Shown here: one piece after another, positions 57,015 through 64,000 of the stretch
How the letters are laid out: every line of letters starts with the position of its first letter
Position numbering within the stretch: the stretch's first letter is position 1
From: the human T2T-CHM13v2.0 reference genome, Homo sapiens
Length of the DNA stretch: 64,000 bases
NCBI RefSeq assembly: GCF_009914755.1
Contig: NC_060934.1
Direction: 5' to 3' (one strand)
Translations under genes and position numbers: made by a program
Notes under the pieces: generated by a model
Database searches by the model: none
What the model was told of the DNA's origin: nothing
The model's input: only the letters and a program-made list of their open reading frames with translations

Positions 57015-57137
57015 CCTTGGCTGAGTCATCGTAGCCGATGTGCTTGATGGTGTCCCTCACCACCCGCTGGTAGTCCACCATGGCCATTGAGGTGATCTCA
57101 CCACACAGCAGCACCATGCCGGTCTTGCACACTGTCT
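57015..57137 (-). CDS. MAT1A: MAT1A exon 3 (123 nt)
   Basis: [41 protein letters not shown] with AG/GT boundaries. Confidence 0.98.
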
Positions 57138-58610
57138 CTGAAAGGGAGCGGGGAGCGAGGAGAGTTAGCAGCCAAGTGCCAGCAAAGGGAAGCTCACATT
57201 CCCAGACCTCTCACAGTGCAGACAGAAAAGACACAGGAGGGGCCTTACGAGGAATGGATTCCAGAAGGAAAATAGAAACGCCAATAAAAAGAAAAAATCC
57301 CAGCACCAAGCACTGAGCATCTTCCAATGCTGTCTTGGAAAGAGTCAGTCATAAGCTGTGATCCTGGACAACTTATTTAACCCCTCTAAGTCTCTGTTCC
57401 CTCATCTATTTAATAAAGCTATTTATAAGACTGCTATGTGGATTAAAGGGAGATGATGGTTGTATGTAGCTGTCATAAAGAAGGTAGTCCACACATGTGA
57501 CCCCCCATCCCCCACATTGCTAAACCTCCACTGCAGGCTTTAGGGAGTGGGATCTGGACCAAAAAAAATCAAAGCAGGCCAACCTTCTCTCCAGATATTT
57601 ACAAAGATATAAGGGTAGAATCTACCTTCAGAGGGGCATGAGTCCCTGTAGTATTCAATACAGGGCTGAGGATGCAACCAGAGAGGGAAGGATGGGTCTG
57701 TGCAGTGGACAAGACATGACAATGACAGTAAGGAGAGCAAGGCTCTGGTCTTCACACTGGGGCACCCTACCCCATGGCCTTGGCCAGGCCCTGATGCAGA
57801 GGGTACCGTGATCCTGTCTCTAAAATGAACAGGCTGGACCTGATCACCCTGGGGCCCCTCCAGACTCCAGAGTCCATGACTCTGCCACTGTGCCACAGGC
57901 TTCAAGCCAGGCAAAGGTTTTCCTGCCAAACAACTTATCCCACAAATAAAGGTGAAGATCTTCAGCCTACATGAGTCTTCAGACACAATAAATTATGCAG
58001 ATGGGAGCCAGGGCTTCAGTACTTTAGTTTAACATTAATGTCTCTTAGGAAAGCCATTGATTTATTGAAAAACAATTGGTGAAGATGTTGCCTTCCTGTT
58101 GCTATTAAATGGGGGACACTAATTATTTTAAAACCTAAATCATACCACAAACTAGGAAAGAAAACAAGAGAAGAAGCCAGGTATCTGTGCAGCCAACAAA
58201 GGCTCCTACAATGAGGATGCAGCTTATAACCATCTAGGCAGCTACCTGTGTTTCAAGCTCTTTCATCCCGTCTGGAAGATTCACCTAAGAACTTTGAAAG
58301 ACCTCCTTGTTCCCAATGAGATCAAGCATCAGAAAGGCCATGTGCTGGTCCAACCCTCTGCTATTTATGGTTGCTATGACATTTAACGTTAGATTCTTGC
58401 TAAAAATAATTATCTATTTGTTTCATGGTTAGAAATGTTTTTCCTCCCTGTTACTACACAGGGGAGGTCTCATAATTGAGAAATCTACTGCAGAGCAGAG
58501 GACATGGATTTTGGAACTGAGGAGTATGGCTCGTTTGTCTTATACCCATGATTAATTTCTCAGTCTAGCCCACTTAGGTCTCCAGCAGGGAGGGATCGGG
58601 TGTTTCTTAC

Positions 58611-58688
58611 CACAGGCCACCTTGGCATTGGGGTCTTGCTTGAGATGGGCATCCAGCACTGCATCACTGATCTGGTCACAGATCTTAT
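58611..58688 (-). CDS. MAT1A: MAT1A exon 2 (78 nt)
   Basis: [26 protein letters not shown], completing the GHPDK motif. Flanked by cag acceptor and gtaag donor. Confidence 0.98.
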
Positions 58689-58906
58689 CTGGACAAGAGC
58701 AAATATGGGTCAGAATCACAAAAATATTCGGGATAACAAATTGAAATCTTAAAATAATTAGATATCGACTTTTCAGTTTACATATCAACTTATCTACCAG
58801 AGGGAAAACACTTTTTTTAAGTATAAGAAATTAGAAATACTTTGAAATTTTTATTTATTTCCATTCCTGCCTAATTTTGGATGACACGTATTATATAAAG
58901 TCATAG

Positions 58907-59249
<343 letters not shown>

Positions 59250-60943
59250 TAACGCAACTCACACATAAACAAACACACACGCATTCTTCTAAATAAAAAA
59301 TCTCTCATTCCTCATCATGTTCCCTTTAATTCTAACATCTACAAAAGTCCTGAAAATGAACTTAAAAATAGTTAAGAAGTCAATTTTACCTCTTTGCCAA
59401 GAGGTAAAATCAGACGGCTCAAACAGCTGCATTGCATGGCAGGTTCCACAAGATGCAATGCACCGTATATAAAACACCACACCCAAGTACATGACTCCAC
59501 CCATAAGAATTCTACAAGATAACCCCTATACATCATTGTTGTTTTGCAGAATACTTCCATAAGCAGCTCTCAGATCTCCCACATGGTCACTCAGCCTCCC
59601 GAAAGCCAGGTGTCCTTAGAGCTGGGCTTGACCTCTTCAATTACTGTAGGACTGACAAGGGTTCAACATGAGCTGGAATTTGATTTTATTCTTCCACTAT
59701 TTGCCTTAAAGACTCTGCAGGGTCTAAAATGTAAAGCACTAAATGGTGCTTGTAGGAAAATCTACTCTTGCTTTGGGGTTATGCAAACTGTCAATATCTA
59801 CAAATTAAGAAATAAAAGTGATCTCTATCTACATATATTATAGCTCATTCAGTGTTAAAAATACCCACAGTCTGCTCTTAATAGAGTAATATGTTTTTGT
59901 TAAGAATCCAGATCCAGAATCAAGCAGTTTGGCTCTCAAAAGCAGATGTTAAATTCTGTAATTAAAGATATTCATTAATTCCTTAATCTTTCCTTTAGAA
60001 ACTACTGCTAAACATATGTTTGAGGTTGTGTTTTGTTTGTTTGTTTGTTTGTTTAATCTAGCCTCCTGCCAGTGGCAGACCCTGGTAGTACCTTTAGGTT
60101 TGTCTGAGCCCTTAGCCTCTACACACTTCTACCACTGAAGGCCTCTCGCTGATAAAATATCCTAAAATAAATACATGCTGGCCACCTTAGGCTTACCCAT
60201 CAGAGTTCCTAGAAGCTTGCTGACTGATCATTGATTGTGAATGTCTCTGCCTGTGCAGACACAGCTCACAGGCTCCCACTCTGCCTAGGGAAATCCAACA
60301 GGAGAAGGAACAAAGCTGGAGTCCAGCAGGGGCTTCCAGATAGCACCACACACAAGACAATGCCCAAGGAGGTTGTTTCTGAATTGTTTTTGTTTTTGTT
60401 TTGGCTTTCAAAATTTTTATCAATATCACTTAGTAGGCTTAAGATAGCCAATAGTTGTTTTTTTGGAAAACCAGAGAAGAAAACCTTTATCTTTCTAGCA
60501 GAGAGGAATTCAGCAATGGAATGACAAGCAGAAAGTCACCTAGCCTCCATGGAAACTGACTTACCTGGACAATTACAATGGCAAGTACAAGGGACGATTA
60601 GACAAATTGATTGGCTGTCATTAAGTATACAAAACAATCAATTGATTGGCTGGCACGTTCATTCTCAGTCCTCTGAGCACATTGCTGCTGCGCACAATGG
60701 ACCATTCTTGGGACCACTAGCCGCTGCATGCCAAAAAACCCACTTCCTCCGGGTGGAGTGAATCTTTCTCCTAACCTATACATGAGGCTCATAGCCATGG
60801 AGCTGATCAGAATGTGTCAGAAATCAGCAATGTATCTGAGATTGAAAATACAGTAAACCTAGATACTTTATACAGTTATGCACAATGAAAGAGGCTATTT
60901 ACATTGAACTGAGCTAAGTCACATAAAAAACTCAATTCAATTC

Positions 60944-61149
60944 AAGGTTTTTCAACAGCTGCACTATTAACATTTTGGGCCAGATAATTCTTGAGAGGCT
61001 GTCCTGTGCACTGTAGGATGCTTAGCAGTGTGCCTGACCTCTACTCAATACATGGCAGTAGCACCTTACCCCCACCTCCTATAGTTGTGATAACTGCAAA
61101 TGTCTCCAGACAGTACAAAATGCTCTTGGGGGTTGTGGGGCAAAACTGC
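60944..61149. mobile_element. MER20-like DNA transposon fossil
   Basis: gcactattaacattttgggccagataattctt...aaatgtctccagaca...aaccactg. Confidence 0.8.
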
Positions 61150-61372
61150 CACCAGTCAAAAACCACTGGCTAAAGTATATGGAAGGAGTAGTGCACTGAG
61201 GTGTCCAAAGCCAAGTTACAAGGTAGGAAAGATAAATATCTTTGAGGAAGAACAAGAGCAAGGAAGATGGAAAAAGGCAGACTTGGCAATAAGTTAGCAA
61301 ACACTCGAATGAATTTTGAAGAGGGACTTAACTATAGAAGTCTGTACATCTATCCCCCAGGGGTCTCCAAGA

Positions 61373-61549
61373 GCAGTGGTTCTCACCCCAGAGCATCAGC
61401 ATCTCCTGGGAACTTGTCAAAAATGCAAATTCTCGAGCCTCTCCCAAGACCTACTGAATCAGAAACTCTGGAGGGTGGGGCCCAGCCCTCTGTTGTCTTG
61501 ACAAGCCCTCTGGGGGATTCTGAAGCTCCCTGAAGTTTGAGAACCACTG
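61373..61549. mobile_element. MER5A-like DNA transposon fossil
   Basis: cagtggttctca...tgagaaccactg terminal inverted repeats; internal aaatgcaaattctc and cctactgaatcagaaactctg. Confidence 0.85.
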
Positions 61550-62124
61550 TCCTACACTTGAGGCTCTGAATGTCCTGGTCCTAGTTCTCACCGTCATCAA
61601 GGAAGCTTCTCTCACTTCCGCACATCACAGTCTACCTACTTTTCAGGGACCAAAATCAATGCCTAAATTTTCTTCCTGTTTAGAAGGTCTTCTATTCTGC
61701 TCTTAGAGAACGTTACTGAGTCCCCAGCACCTAGAGGTCTACCCCAGCAGTGACCAGGGTGCAGGCTTTCATGCCTAAGTTGCACATGCTTCACATGCAA
61801 AATTTAGTCACCCATGGTCTTGTTTCAGGAACATTCCCTGTTGACTTAAATTGGCCATGGATAATAGATTAAAGCTTTCCTAAAAAAAAAATACATATAA
61901 AAAGTTAAGACCTGATCATATATTTTGCATGTGTCATACTCTTAGCCAGCCAGCTGCTACTCCCTGTCTTGGACCCACTGTGCTGGCGTGCTGGTGGTGG
62001 GCCACAGCACGGCTTCATCAGGAGGGACTGTTTTATGAAACTACTCCATGCTGTTTCTCTAGAGATCCCTTCTGGTAACTCACACACATTGCTCTGAAGA
62101 GCTCTGGTAAAAGTGACTCCTACA

Positions 62125-62357
62125 GGTACGAAGTTACAGTCAGATAGGAGGAATGAGCTCTGGCATTCCATTGCGCAGTAGGGTGACTGAAGGGCTAGAA
62201 GAGGGAATTTTGAATGTTTTCACCACAAAGAAGTAGTCAATGTCTGTGGCAATGGGTATGCCCATTATCCTAATTTGATCATTAAATGTTATACTCATGG
62301 ATCAAAACAACACACGGTACCCCATAAATATGCACAATTATTATGTGTCAAATTAAA
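62125..62357 (+). mobile_element. L1MA 3'-end fragment
   Basis: gtacgaagttacag...gtaccccataaatatgcacaattattatgtgtca. Confidence 0.78.
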
Positions 62358-62431
62358 ACCATTTGTAAGTGACTCCCTCAGTATAGGCTTGGAATGATCG
62401 TTTTCCAGTCAGTCCAAGACAGCCTACTTAC

Positions 62432-62522
62432 CCGGGTGTCCCTCTCCCACAGACTCCGATGTGAACATGAAGACTCCTTCACTTAGAGAGTGGTCACACA
62501 AGCCATCCACCGGTCCATTCAT
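62432..62522 (-). CDS. MAT1A: MAT1A coding exon 1 (91 nt)
   Basis: Reads MNGPVDGLCDHSLSEGVFMFTSESVGEGHP and ends at donor G|GTAAGT. Too short to appear in the ORF track. Confidence 0.98.
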
Positions 62523-62677
62523 CTTCTCACACTTCTCCACTCACGCTTCTTTCAGTGAACAATTTTGAGGCTGTGACTTTGCCTGAGTTTTTTTTTCTTC
62601 TTCTTCTTCTTCTTTCAACCCAACAGGCTTGTCTTTGGCAGAGCCACGGGGATCACTTCTGCCTAACTGCCTGTGAG

Positions 62678-62683
62678 CACGTG
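62678..62683. promoter_or_regulatory. Canonical E-box CACGTG in the MAT1A 5'UTR (a second lies at 63269-63274)
   Basis: Motif seen directly; occupancy is not demonstrated by the sequence. Confidence 0.45.
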
Positions 62684-62778
62684 AGAACAGGCGAGGACTG
62701 CTGAGAAGGGAGGGAGTGGATGGAACACGGGATGTGTCCCTCCCTCCAGCTTGCCACAGCTTGCTCCTGAGCGACTCC

Positions 62779-62785
62779 TATATAT
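62779..62785 (-). promoter_or_regulatory. MAT1A: MAT1A TATA box
   Basis: CATATATAGG on the minus strand, ~260 nt upstream of the ATG. No upstream ATG lies between it and the start codon. Confidence 0.75.
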
Positions 62786-63384
62786 GGAAAAGCGAAAGTG
62801 CCTGAAAAATCATGTGAGAAAATTGGAGGAGTCCATTTCCTAAGAGGGGGGTCTTCTTACCTGGAGGAATTTCAATTCTTATCCCTGACTTTCCAAACTC
62901 TAAGCACCTGGTCAAGGTAAGGTAAAGAAGGCTGTATAGTTCTGCAGAATTGAAGCTCCTTTGGGACTCTCCTTCAGCTCTTAGCCAATCTTGGTAGTGC
63001 TCCAGAGTTCACAACCCACCTTGGAGAGCAGGGGTCTGTGATCACCCAGAGATACAAGCAGGCAACAAGAAACTCTTTCTCAGAGATATGGTTTAGGCTA
63101 AGATTGCAACAGTGCCTTTGCTGTTGGGTGTCCCCTCCTCCCCTGCGTCTCATCTGGATTGGTCTCTTCCCATTCTATCTTCTCAGGGAGAGCAGGAGCA
63201 CGCACCTGTATTCTGAGCCAGCTGTGATGTTACACAACAGATTCATTTTAGAGGAAAAGCTTTGAGTCCACGTGTTTCTGCTAACAGAAACCACCTAACC
63301 TGTCAACTTCTCTAAAAGGCTGGCAGGCATTTTAACAAGCAAGATCTTTAAAAAGTATCTATCTGGGGAGGTTACAGAGAACAA

Positions 63385-63412
<28 letters not shown>
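63385..63412. repeat. (TG)14 microsatellite ~0.6 kb upstream of the MAT1A TATA box
   Basis: Seen directly. Confidence 0.95.
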
Positions 63413-63416
<4 letters not shown>

Positions 63417-64000
63417 TTTTAGAAAAAAATGCTTTTGAGAAATGGATTCATTACAGGGAAATTATCAAAGTCCAGTTTCCCAAAGCTTCCGGATTATAAA
63501 CATCTACATATTCAGTTCTATACATGTAATAAACATCGTGTTCACATAACTCTTGCATTATTTTTTGCTTTGACCAAAAAAAGTAGTAAACAGGATTATA
63601 TCTTTAGTTCATGTACTAAATGACAGCGTCTCACACTCTCAGATCCAGCTGCATCCTCAGACCCAAGGAACAATGGGGAATTGAGACCACAGAAAATGAG
63701 GATGGGTGGAGAAACCAGTTCCCACTAGAATGCAATAAAAAGTAATCAACCATAACCTTGTGCATCAAAGCTTGGACTGTGGGAAGCAAAAGTTAGGAAG
63801 CAATAGCCTCACCTAACAATTCTGGTGACCAAACCCCCCTCTGAGTTTATTATCAAGCATTTGGAAAAATTTTTTCTGGCACACATTCTGGTGCTCCAAA
63901 GCTTGAGTTTTGCTAACTGATGACCAAACATCATCCCTTCAGGGAATTAAAGCAGTATTAAGGTGACCTCTTCTGGAATAAAGTAAGGGATGTTACATAT

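Overview
Human genomic DNA, placed at 10q22.3 because it holds the complete MAT1A gene: minus strand, 9 exons, 1188-nt CDS, 395 aa, TATA box ~62.78 kb, polyA signal ~44.94 kb. The left half holds a composite fossil locus on the + strand that the ORF track mostly misses. (i) The last two exons and polyA signal of an ACSM1-like gene (6.76-9.03 kb). (ii) An intron-containing pseudogene (12.9-26.7 kb) matching all eight coding exons of NPIP (morpheus/LCR16a). It also keeps extra exon relics that align in order, and mostly in length and splice phase, to the transmembrane, coiled-coil and proline-rich parts of TANGO1/MIA3, and its last exon is expanded by a 36-bp tandem repeat. (iii) A full-length, ORF-intact EIF5A retrocopy (EIF5AL1-type) with a 19-bp target-site duplication, inserted antisense in one of its introns. 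The rest is interspersed repeat (about 20 Alus, L1 fragments, HSMAR2, MER, LTR) and simple sequence. All protein comparisons (MAT1A, eIF5A, ACSM1, NPIP, TANGO1) were made by eye against reference sequences recalled from memory and need database confirmation. Repeat boundaries are approximate.
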